Below, one piece after another: positions 25,703-36,201 of a stretch of DNA of 64,000 bases. Numbering within the stretch: position 1 is the first letter of the stretch; each line of letters starts with the position of its first letter. The DNA is taken from the NCBI GenBank assembly GCA_022813865.1, contig JALDZX010000015.1, positions 372,001-436,000 of the forward strand, written 5' to 3'. The translations under genes and the position numbers were made by a program. Origin of the DNA: Xylographa opegraphella. Taxonomy: Eukaryota. The notes beneath the pieces are model-generated. The model searched no databases. It saw nothing but the letters and a program-made list of their open reading frames with translations, and was not told where the DNA came from.

Positions 25703-26342
25703 TCTGTGAATCGTCTTGGATGCTCAAGCTGTCAATAGCAGACCCGGCTTTAGACATAGTATTATTATAAGTATATGTAAAGACAAAACAATGGGGGAGC
25801 CTCGATACAGCACAAGGCTCTTGCACTGCCAGTGCCACGAGCATCACGCGCGTCACTCTTGCTTAGAGAGTGCTCAAGCGGTGGAAATTGGCTGCATGGC
25901 TGTGCAACAGGGCCTCAAGTAGACCGGGGGTGGTGAAGCCAAGGAACAGAGCAGCCAATACGGTTCCAAAGCCACAAGGCATTCTTGGCCAGGACTCACA
26001 ATCGGGGCGTTGGCCAGGTCTAGATGGCGCCTAACGCTGCACCTTGTGAGCTAGGATCACCAGAAGGGCCAGTGTTCATACCGATCCGATAAGGTCATTG
26101 TTGCAAGGGAGGCAAGCCTTTTGTATGCTGCGGCTTTACAAGATGGCAGCCGACCCACCAGGCTGCCACGAGCACCACGAAAGAATGCCGGCTGTGTCAA
26201 CTCTTCTGCGAAAGTAGATAGGTAGTCTGGATCGTGGCAAGTGTCGCAGTTTATAATAACATGCATGTCAAGCGTGCCTCCTTGGAGCTTCACCACCCGA
26301 ATCGCTTTCATCTCATTTCCGTATCCATGAGCCTGCCTTCTC

Positions 26343-28948
26343 ATGGTGCGCTCTCAAAAGGTTTCGTCCTCTTTCGCGCTGTGGACCAGCGCTGGCAATG
26401 ACGCAGCGGTCGCGACAACACGCAAGGCCGTCGTCGCAGACCTGCAATTGGCCATCCAAGACCATCAGTTTGATTCCGAGACGCTCGAAGACGTGATTCT
26501 CATCCTACAACATGAATGCCTCTGCTGGAAGTACAAGAACGACGGAAAGCTGCCGGCTGGTCACGATGCGGGCGCTTTCCGCCAAACACTCGAAACATCA
26601 CGAACCAACCAGCTGGTTGTGCAACTCTCCGACTGTCTGGTAAGAGCCATCAGCCCGTCATCGCATTATGAGCGCGAACTCCAGTCCAAAGCTCTTCTCT
26701 CGGCCTTGGCTTTACTCCACGCGCAGGGAGTAAGGGCGCTACAGGCTACTTTCCACGACGACTTGCGAGTCCGAATTGCGGATCGATTCAAGGACCTGCA
26801 GGGTGTTCCAGGCCAGAAGGCGGTATTTTCTGCAGAGACGGTCAGGAAGATCCAAAGCGGGTACTACTTGTGCCTGGCTGCGGAATATGGCAAACATTTC
26901 CACAAGGCCGAGCCAATCGTGGTCTCGGTGGTTTCCAGTGTGGTGAGCCTACTTATCGTTGGTGCTTCCATAACCAGCGCTGCCATGGTACGTCGACCAG
27001 CATTCCCTCTTCACGTTCTTACACTAAATTTTGATAGGGAAGTGGACCTCCAAACGTGAAATCTACCTTGCAAAGCCTCGAAAGCGCATTCAAGCCATTT
27101 TGGATTCCGCAGAATGAGCTCTTCAAGGCTCTATCTACAATACAAGAGCTCACCAGGATAACCTTAGCACTTCATGCATATGGCGAAGCGATGGTTGGCG
27201 TGAATAAGGTGGCCTATGAGCAGGTCCATCAGTGCTGTGATAAGCTGGCTGCTATGATTATTGATAAGATCCTATCCATCCTTAACAGCCATCAGGGGTT
27301 TCAGAACGATATTGGCCCAAAGTCTGTCTATCTAGATTACTTTGTCGCTTTTCTCAACCGGGGACCAAATGATCTAGGCCGTTATTTCTACCAGTATGGC
27401 CTACTCGATTGTGTATCGCAATTAAGCGGCATTCTCAATGCCAAAAGCCTTTCCGCTGATCTTGTCGCTACATTATTGAAGATTATTGCCACGAGCCAAG
27501 AAGCAAGCTACAGATGGAAATGTACAGAAATCCTGATGAGAGATTCGAACACTCGTGGCACTCAACTTGGAAAGCTCCCGGATGCTGTTGCAAGATACAA
27601 TCCTGCCATGACTGCGCAAACAAAATCGAAACTTCGAGAGGAAGTCAAAGTCATTTATGAGCTCTTGAATGAAGAAGACGGTATCTTTCTAACTCCAGCA
27701 AGCTCGATCGCCGGCCCTCAGGATGCTGCAGCTGAAGGCAAGCTATCGCCCTCTGGATGGGTCGAGAGTGCCCAGCCGACCACTACAATAAAGGCACATG
27801 CTCAAAAGTCCGCCATCCTGCTGCCCCAGGGACCAGTCTTTGCTAGAATAAAATACCACAAAGCTGGTCTTTCCCCTGATGGCTTATACGCGTACTTTAC
27901 TTCAGCGAAAGACCTTTACGTGTATCGACTTCCCAGCAGTACCGGCGCTCGGTGCAACGATATTGTTCTCCATCTCGACACCCCCAAATCCGAATATAGG
28001 GAAGCCGTTCTATCTAATTCCTTCCTGGCCGTTCTACACGAAGGACGAACCGACTTGTTAGAGGTCTACAGATACGGGTCACACGCCCAGACGTACTCGT
28101 TGATAGCCACGGAGACCTTCGAAGCCACTTCAAGGGAACCTCGATGGCGAGCCGATTGCATCGCGATCCACGAAGCGCGCGACCGTGTCTGGATCGCCAT
28201 CGGTGGACGGAGCAGCCAAAGCCAAACTATATCTAGCACTATCAGGATATACCGTGTCGACATCGACGGTCAGAATTTTGCGAAGCACGACGCCTACTTT
28301 CATCGCTCTCGACCGAACCCCTTCACCTCAGATTATGTAAAGTCGATCGCATTCGCCCCGGACGGGCGACGGCTGGTGTGTGTCACCAATAACAACCGCA
28401 TCCTGGTATGGCTCCTCTCCAACAACGCACGGCCGATCCAGCCGCCGTTCCAGATCGCGAAGAAGTACATGCCAGAGATGAACGCGCGCGGGGCCACATC
28501 CGCAATGCTCTTCCAAACCGTCGCCGCGAACCCGTACGTCCTCTGCACCACCTCGCCGTCGCGCGAGCGCTCCAAGAACAACGGCGAGTGGTCCTTCGTC
28601 TCCGCCGTCGGTGCCGGGCCCGCGCTGGTGCCTCCCCAGCTGGACCACCACCTCTGGCGGCTGCGCAAGGCCAAGGCCATCCTCGCGGGCGCCGCCAGCC
28701 CGGACGGCAGCGTCATCGCGTTGCTCGAAGAAAGCGGGAACGTGCTGCTGATGCCGCTGGTGGCGCAAGATGGCGGCGGCCTCGCCTCGCTGGACCCGAT
28801 CACCCTGGACTCGAAGCTCAAGAGCCAGAAGAGCGCCTCCCCCACCGCGCTGCGCTTCTGCATCCGCGAACGACGCTTGTGTCTCCTCGCCGTCGATCCG
28901 GACGGCACGGTGATCAAACTCCTCTTCCAAGACGCGGCCGGTGGGTGA
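26343..28948 (+). CDS. Uncharacterised ~850-aa protein: helical N-terminal domain plus C-terminal WD40-like beta-propeller; no NACHT/P-loop seen
   Basis: ORFs 26343-27059 and 27056-28948 join in frame via an intron gtacgt...ctaaa...tag (~26988-27037): SAAM|GSGPPNVKS. Propeller blades GLSPDG, IAFAPDGRRLVC, AASPDGSVIALL, LLAVDPDG. An alternative ATG at 26327 is possible. Confidence 0.8.
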
Positions 28949-29435
28949 AACCTCCCTTCGCGGCGGCGGCTTTCTTCCCGATTTCGCTGCCGCTCGGCCT
29001 TTAATTCAAATAGCAGAAGTACAACATCCCCCACCAACTTGGATGTGACTCTTCGGACTCTAACCCATCAAGAGACTGAGAAGAACATGGCTCAACGATA
29101 ATGCTCTGCTATATACACGAGCGATGGCCTATCAGCTCACAGTGCAGATCCCGTGGTACCCCATGTCAGGGGCGCCAGCAGCCTTACACCGGCCGGCTAA
29201 GCAAGCGACCTCTCGAGCGGCAGACGTCCGGACCCCCTTGGGTCTCCCATGCACGACCGCGAGGACACTTCACGACTCAATGCCCGGTTCCACAATCCCG
29301 AATCACCAGTACCCACACCCACGACAGCCAAACCCCCGAACGACAGCTCCCAAGACCCAGAAGCGCTATTCGGACCGTGCAGGCGCTCGAGCACGACGGC
29401 TGGGAGGCGGCGTGCGAGGGAGGTGGGTTCGATGA

Positions 29436-29606
29436 GTGTGGATCGGATGAGGGTGGAATGAATGGGTGGGTGGATGGATGGATTGAATGGGTGGGTGGAT
29501 TAATTGAAGGGACGGATTGAGTGGGGTGGGTGGATGGACGGATTGAGTGAATGGATGGACGACTTGAATGGGTGGATGGACGAATTGAATAAGAAAATGA
29601 TGGATG
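29436..29606. repeat. Degenerate (TGGA/TGGG)n low-complexity tandem repeat with a ~20-bp superperiod
   Basis: Recurring tgaatgggtgg(g/a)tggatggacg(g/a)at units; almost no C on the + strand. Confidence 0.85.
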
Positions 29607-30333
29607 CGTCTGAGGATATCTATTCCTCGAGGGCAACTTAGGTAGACCGAGCAGCGAATCGTCAAACCGGCCTACGATACGAAACGCGGGACAGGATAAT
29701 CCGAACACGTCTGCCTGTGCACGTGAAATATGCCTGAGTTCGACGGAGAACCAGCTCCCTCGGCATGAATGCATCATCTTGGGCGATCAATAATATGTTT
29801 CCTTGACGCTTGAGGTCCCTCGGAGCAAAAAAAACCATCAGAGAGACCTTCCACATCGTTACCTCCACCACCCACGACGAGTAGACATATCAAGTTCCCC
29901 ATTCCGTTATTCTTCCCATTACCCCAGCGTGCGCTGCTTCCACGCACCTTCCGCCGCCACCATCCTCGCCCAAAAGCCATTTAGTAGGTCCATCCGACAA
30001 TATCCATCCCAGATCGCGCCATGGCTCATGCGACCAAGCCGAATGCCCTTTCTTCTCTCGAGAATCAGCCTCACACGACAACGCCCGCGGTCGAAAAAGA
30101 CGAACCGTTGGCCTAGCATCGCGTAGCCAGGTAAAGCGAGCTAAACTTGTGTATGAGGGCTACCATCAGCAAAGGCAGCGTGAAATGCAAGAAGTGGTAA
30201 GCGTGAAAGGCCTGCGAGAGTGAAATATCTTTGGTCCGATAGTTGACTCAGAAATATTCCAGTCTGTATGTAGGCCTCACGGTAGACCCCTCTCCAGGAG
30301 ACGGGAAGAAGCTTTGCTCTCGACGAGGTTCAT

Positions 30334-32974
30334 TCAGCCCTCCTGCCTGCCGAGGTAAAAATCCAAATCACTCGGCCCCTCCTGCGAATATTCATTCTCC
30401 GCCAGCTGCTCAAGCAGTGACAGGAAAGGATCTTGCTCTGCCTCGTTCGTATGCGTGGATCCTGACTGGCTGCATTCACCAGGCGTCATGGCCGCCACTT
30501 GGGATGTATTCTGCTCGAAAGCGGACTGGCGGTTCGGCGTCGGCGTGTCAGCTGGCATGCCGAACATGGGATCGAGAGGCGCTTGCGGAAGGGGGGAAAT
30601 GGCGACAGATGGCGAGAAGTGGGTGGGCATTGGTGATTGAAGAGCAGCGTTGAAAGGAGGTGCAAATTCTGGGACGGTCGAAAGTGAAGGCGTCAGATCG
30701 GATGAAGGTGGATTTTGGACGTCCGCTGCATTGTAATTGTTATTCGTCATCGGCGATGATACCGAAGCATCAGTGTATCTACGGCGCTGGCCATGTACTT
30801 CATTGGTATTTGACGTTCGAGGTGCCGGCATCTTTGATTGGGCCAATGCTGATAAAGTCTCGTCATCCGCCGGGTACACGTTCGGTGTGTCTTTATTGTT
30901 TGGGGGCGAGCTAAACGAGTTAGCTCTATGTACATTCCCTGAACTTGTCAATTCACCTTCCATCCAGTGCCTTGTTTACCACATCGGTGAACGAGACATT
31001 TGCTCCATCAAAGGACTGCCCTGGGTAACGATCGTAGAAATCTTCCAAATGAAAGACAGGAGAGTAGCGCATTGGGTTACTGGCTAGGGACTTCACCAGC
31101 TCAGTGTGGCAATGATAAATGTGCTGAAGGGTATCTTTCTGATGTTGAGCGCTTGCCCAATTCATGCGAAGCTCTGACAACATCTGCAATTCCTGAGAAA
31201 GATATTGAGCGCTCAGGGAGTACACCTCTCCTTCCATCTCTTTGTAGTGAGCACCATGAACATGCACCGTCCCCGCCGTGACCAGACAGTAGCCTGTAAA
31301 GGCTGGCCACTCCATAGATGGCGATAGGCGTCCAGCCTCGGCAAGCATCCCAATAGCATTGGCATGCAGAAAACAGAGATGCGTGGCCTCGATCTGCCAT
31401 GACTGATGTTGGCCTGTGCCCCGAAGTTCTGCAAGATCCACTGGAAGGAATGGCCGATAGACCAGACAATGTATCAGGTGGTAGATCATTTTGCTCAGAA
31501 CGAGTGCACATCCATCTGAGTGAGACACCAGCGTGGCGTTGTCGATAAACAAGTCGGGATTCCCCAGCGCCCACGCATCTAGATCGAGCCTGATTTTTGA
31601 CAGATTTGACATGGAGTGCCATGGGAAGTGCGAGTCTCCCTTCACACCACCCCTCGCAAGATAACCGTCCGTAATACCCAGTATACGTGTAATATCGATC
31701 AAAATTCCCATAGGCCCTTGGCTCGCTCGCCCCACACCAGGAGCGTACTGTAAGTTCGTATGAGGCTGGAAGTATTCACCTTCCATCATGACAGTACCAG
31801 GATGCCGAGACCAAGATGGGAGGCGCAGCAACATTGATTTATCCGAAAGAAGTGACGGACGCTTGGTCCCACAAGTCGTAAAGCGATCCATAAGATAGCA
31901 CGTCCAGAACACTTGTCTTCTTAGTTCTCGTTCTGTCGCAGTGACGTTTGCTTTCGAAGGCACCTCTCGGTGAAGATCCAGAGCCAACGCCATACCAACA
32001 GCAGTTGCTATAGCAATGTCAGTCCTTGAACAGTCACAGAATTGAGATTGGGTAACCAACCAAGCAACATGTAGGATTTCGGTCCCTTCCCTGCAGCGAA
32101 GAAAGCTCTATGTAATAACAAGAGGGTCTGGAGTCCTTCCAAGCTGGCGTCGTCCATATCCATCTCTTTTCTTGCGTGGCTAGCATATTCCTCGCTCAAA
32201 CGCACCGCAGCGGCATATTCTCCTCCGTGGTTAACGAAACTATTTCAATGAGCATAAGATGGCTAATTAGGCTTCACCGGCGGATCTTACAGGACCCCCA
32301 AGGAACAAATCGCAAGTCGAAGACAGTTGGGCACTTGATTTTGCCTGTGCAATTCCCGCACTGTCGCTTCGTCCAGGATGTGAAAGGGCTTGTCGTGAAC
32401 CCGAACAAAATAGGCGTCAATTAGCACACCCGAGCACTCCAAAGAGGTATGGCTGCAACTCCGGTCAGATCGAGTGAAATATCTGTAGAATATAGATGAT
32501 ACCTCGGAAGATTCGGCGCGAAGAAGCCAATTGTACCGGGTGTTTGGAGTGCGGTAGGTGAAAAGGTGATGCTCGTGGGGGACCGAAAATCTCCAGCAGA
32601 TCCACAGCTTGTCTCTCGTGCTGAAGCGTTCGATTCATTCTTGTCTTGTAGCTTTTTTTCGAGACCATCCACCCTCTTCAACAAAGCCTCCAAAACATCT
32701 GTCTTGGGTCCCCGCTTCTTCGGTATAGCATCATAAATACATGTGCATTGGAAGACGGTGCAGGCTTCGCACGTCGGCCGCAGGCGATTGCACTTGATCT
32801 GTGAGGTCTCTATTAGGACATAATTGACTCGAACACTGTGGGTTGAAGAAGTCGGACCTTTCTCTTCCTGCATGACTTGCAGTTCATCGACTCCCTGTGC
32901 TCGGTCGTGCTGGCTCGGCGCATAACAGGGAGTCTTTCGATCCCCACATGTGGTCGAGCAACTGAAGTGGCCAT
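30334..32974 (-). CDS. gaaR: Zn(II)2Cys6 transcription activator, probable D-galacturonate regulator GaaR (5 introns)
   Basis: Spliced [11 protein letters not shown]...[38 protein letters not shown]; Fungal_trans domain [14 protein letters not shown]; acidic tail [14 protein letters not shown]. Adjacent to an AROM-derived repressor, as is known for gaaR/gaaX. Confidence 0.82.
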
Positions 32975-33606
32975 TGTGAGAGACAACGATCAACACGCGA
33001 TTGGACCATGCTTGGTAGGATCAGCTTGCCGATCAAGTCTGGGTCTGAGTGTGGTCTGGGAGCGCTGGCGTTTTTGCAGAGGGGAAAAGTGCGGGTGAGG
33101 ATGACCAAGCATGCGGGGGTCGTGCCGACAATTCCCCCGCTGGGCCCCGCTAAAGCTGATGAAGATTGCAGGGGGACCGCAGCGGAAGATCAAGGAAATG
33201 CTCGCCTGGACACGTGCAAAGCTCACCTCGGAGACGAGACGCAGACACAAACGACCAATGAGATGGCAGGCCATTATCAGCCCATACAGATGGCGTTCGA
33301 GGCCTTGAAATGGCTAAAGTTCCACCGCTGCTCCATGAGGACTGTTCCTTGCTGTCGAATAGCTTCTCCACATAGCAGCTTGAACTTGAAACCAGCTTCA
33401 ACGCCAAAGCGCAATGGCCGCGATCGGCATTGGCCTGGACCATTCTCCACATGGGATTGTAGTCGTTGAATCTTTGTTCGAAGGACACTATGTACAATGA
33501 CGGTTATTGGAAGGGGAGAAACGTAAATGCGAGGCATAACTCATTTGCTCTCTTTCCGGATCCTCTGACATCCAACATCATTCATCTCGTCGTTGTCAAA
33601 AACCCT

Positions 33607-35667
33607 TTAGTAGAGCACTCTTCCGGAAGCCATCCGCGCAAAATCGAACGGCACATTCTGGCCCACGAGTAGTCGTAGCGTCTCGACAATCGTCCACGCG
33701 CTGACGTCGGCCATCACATATGTGGTCCACCCGGACGTGGCAGCTACGGCCAGGAGGTCGCCCCTGCGAGGACCATCGGCCAAGTCAAGGAAGACCTTCT
33801 CTTTGCGCGGAGGTGATGCCTTGCCGTTGGCGCTGAAATGTCGAAGCAACGGCTGCACCAGCAACGACTTCTCGGAAGGGAGTGCGGACACAATCACGAA
33901 TGGTTGTTCCACTTTCTCGACAGATTGGATCGAGGTCCAGGGCTCCAGGCCGGCGGCGAGCGGACCTTGAGCTTTGAACCCTACGGTATATATAGTGCCG
34001 ATCTGGAGACTTCGTAACGCGAATATAGCCGGCGCCGCTTCTGCTTCCGTATTCGACAGAATCAACGCTGTGCGATCGTAGAAGGCCGAAGGCACAAAGT
34101 CTCGGGTCAAAGTGGCTCGGATGCCACTCCAAGTAGCATTGGCACCGACGAGAGTCTGACGGTCGCCTTCACGCCGGAGGAATATGGTGTCGACAAGCCC
34201 TATGCGTTGAGCTGCATCCGTGAACGAGGACATATAGGCTTGTGAGCTTGCTAAAGGTAAGGATGGGTAGAGATAAGCACCTCCGAAGCTTGACTGTGTC
34301 ACGAACGCTTCAATGGAGCCTTTCAGTCCTCGGTTTACACACGTAAGACGATGCGGTAGGCCGAGCTCGTTGAAACACTTCTCAAAGAACACGGCTTGAG
34401 CAATGGGCTTGACGGTGCCTATCGCATATATATCTCGCTTTTTCAATTGCCCCATGACGTGTAGCGCTCCGTTGATTTCAGCAGCGCTGAGCTGACCAGG
34501 AGCAGCGATAGTTGGCAACAGCGGATGTGTGATGGGCGAGAAGACGGTATTCAGAGCGCGAGATAGCTGACCCATCTGACCCATGTTCACGGCTGATAGC
34601 GGGGGCTGTATGTATTTGGATGTTATGGTGGACCGGAAGTATTCGAGATCATAGTTCTCCGCCATGGAATTGACCATCGCAATGATCTTCACAATGTCCG
34701 AGTACTTCGCTCCTTCTTTGAAGCATTCCTCCGCAGCTGGAGATGTCCATTTCCAACCCCCGGAAAAGTCGTGGAATGCAGACATGATCTTACTGTTGCC
34801 TCTCATCTCATACAATTTCTTCCTAATCTCCTCAGGTAGCCATAGCTCTACATCAATATACTCCACTCCCCATTGAATCGCCCGGTACAGATACTCGTAA
34901 TAGATCTCGGGCTTGTCCATAGGAAACCTTCCGTTCTCTTTCGTACACCTCGTCGAATAGATAATGGGCAGCTCAGTCCTTTGACGTAGTAACATGACCT
35001 GCTCGCCCACGTATCGCAAGCTGGGAATATCACTAAACGTTCCGTCCTTTTGGGGTTCTTTGAGCAAGTCGACCCGAAGCTCGACCCCATCGGCTCCTAC
35101 GGTCAGGATGTCCAAGTTTGACAGTGCCGTCCGAACATCAGGAAAAGTCGTTGAGATGAAGGCGGAGCGCTCCTTCTTGATGAGCTGTTCATGAAATTTG
35201 GTTTGACCCAAGACATGGGCAAGAAAACGTGCAAGATCTCGACGGAAAAATGGACTGTCTTGGTAAAGGAACTCGTAATCGCTGAGATGAGTCAAACTCG
35301 AGTCTAATGGAGTCCCATTATCAACCCGATGAGTATTTATGAGTATGCTGGAATCACGCCGCTCGTCCGGACCACCTCGTTTTATATCCTCCGCTTGAAT
35401 TTCGACTACGACGGCGCCATAATCTTCAGACCCTGCTAATGTGTGCGACGTCCGCCATGGTCTGCCAAGAATCTCTGCGACGACTATTGAGATGCTGTCG
35501 GATCCATTGGTGATGATAATTACCGTCCTCGGGTCCCCTAGCTGAACCTTAGTGTTCCTCGATGTACCATTATGATTGTGTCTGATTATGGTGGGCGAAG
35601 CCACGCTCGGCGGCACAGTCACTGAACCATTTATGGCCATTGATCGTTGATCTTCCACCAAAGCCAT
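33607..35667 (-). CDS. gaaX: QutR/Qa-1S-like repressor (shikimate-kinase-like + type I DHQase + shikimate-dehydrogenase-like), probable GaaX; intronless, 686 aa
   Basis: DHQase motifs ADGVELRVDLL, LPIIYSTR...GRF, EYIDVEL, SAFHDF, DIVKII, NMGQMGQLSR, AAPGQL. SK and SDH parts lack P-loop and GxGG motifs. No qut catabolic genes nearby; GARE sites upstream. Confidence 0.85.
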   Translation of the reverse strand: MALVEDQRSMAINGSVTVPPSVASPTIIRHNHNGTSRNTKVQLGDPRTVIIITNGSDSISIVVAEILGRPWRTSHTLAGSEDYGAVVVEIQAEDIKRGGPDERRDSSILINTHRVDNGTPLDSSLTHLSDYEFLYQDSPFFRRDLARFLAHVLGQTKFHEQLIKKERSAFISTTFPDVRTALSNLDILTVGADGVELRVDLLKEPQKDGTFSDIPSLRYVGEQVMLLRQRTELPIIYSTRCTKENGRFPMDKPEIYYEYLYRAIQWGVEYIDVELWLPEEIRKKLYEMRGNSKIMSAFHDFSGGWKWTSPAAEECFKEGAKYSDIVKIIAMVNSMAENYDLEYFRSTITSKYIQPPLSAVNMGQMGQLSRALNTVFSPITHPLLPTIAAPGQLSAAEINGALHVMGQLKKRDIYAIGTVKPIAQAVFFEKCFNELGLPHRLTCVNRGLKGSIEAFVTQSSFGGAYLYPSLPLASSQAYMSSFTDAAQRIGLVDTIFLRREGDRQTLVGANATWSGIRATLTRDFVPSAFYDRTALILSNTEAEAAPAIFALRSLQIGTIYTVGFKAQGPLAAGLEPWTSIQSVEKVEQPFVIVSALPSEKSLLVQPLLRHFSANGKASPPRKEKVFLDLADGPRRGDLLAVAATSGWTTYVMADVSAWTIVETLRLLVGQNVPFDFARMASGRVLY

Positions 35668-35904
35668 GAGGTTGGGGTCCCCAGGACAGTTGAGTTGGAC
35701 AAGATTAGCGGGACGAAATTCTCCTGTTGCCGCACCAAGGAGCCTGTAATATACTCTCCCTCAACACCACTGTTGTCCCCGAGAGATTGTCGAGTCCGTA
35801 CGCAGGAGTAAGAAATTTATCCAGACAGGTATCGCGGCAACATCGTGTAAATGGCTCCTGGTCGGACGCCAGCAATACTGGACAGATAGAACAGATTAGC
35901 CTTG

Positions 35905-36201
35905 CCGCCAAAGGAAAGACTGGCTCCACGACAATGGCTACATTTCTTCTGATGCAGATTTCGATATGTTTACCTGTCAGATACCGGAAAGCAAGTGTAA
36001 TACAGCAGTGAATCGAAGCTAGCTCAAACTGAAGTCGAAGGGCGAAGAATGGTCGCCATATATTGGTTCTGACACACATTTGCCTGGCTGATTGAGGGGC
36101 ATGACTTCCTACTTTAGCAGCCCGTACCTGGAGAGTGTGCCAGAATGACTGTTACAGCGAGGTTATGGAGCATTTGGAGGCATTGAAGAATCCTTGGCGG
36201 A
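35905..36201. promoter_or_regulatory. Three galacturonic-acid-responsive elements (CCNCCAA) upstream of gaaX
   Basis: CCGCCAA at 35905-35911 (+); TTGGAGG at 36174-36180 and TTGGCGGA at 36194-36201 (CCTCCAA and TCCGCCAA on the - strand). Confidence 0.65.

Noticed and set aside
28328..29037. Long alternative-frame and antisense ORFs over the propeller gene 3' end
   Set aside because: Explained by the extreme local GC3.
30953..30963. Apparent frameshift in gaaR
   Set aside because: Resolved by a 46-nt intron (gtgaat...gctaac...tag).
33607..35667. Pentafunctional AROM or a quinate (qut/qa) cluster
   Set aside because: No DHQ synthase/EPSPS domains, degenerate SK and SDH motifs, no qut catabolic genes adjacent, and GARE sites favour gaaX.
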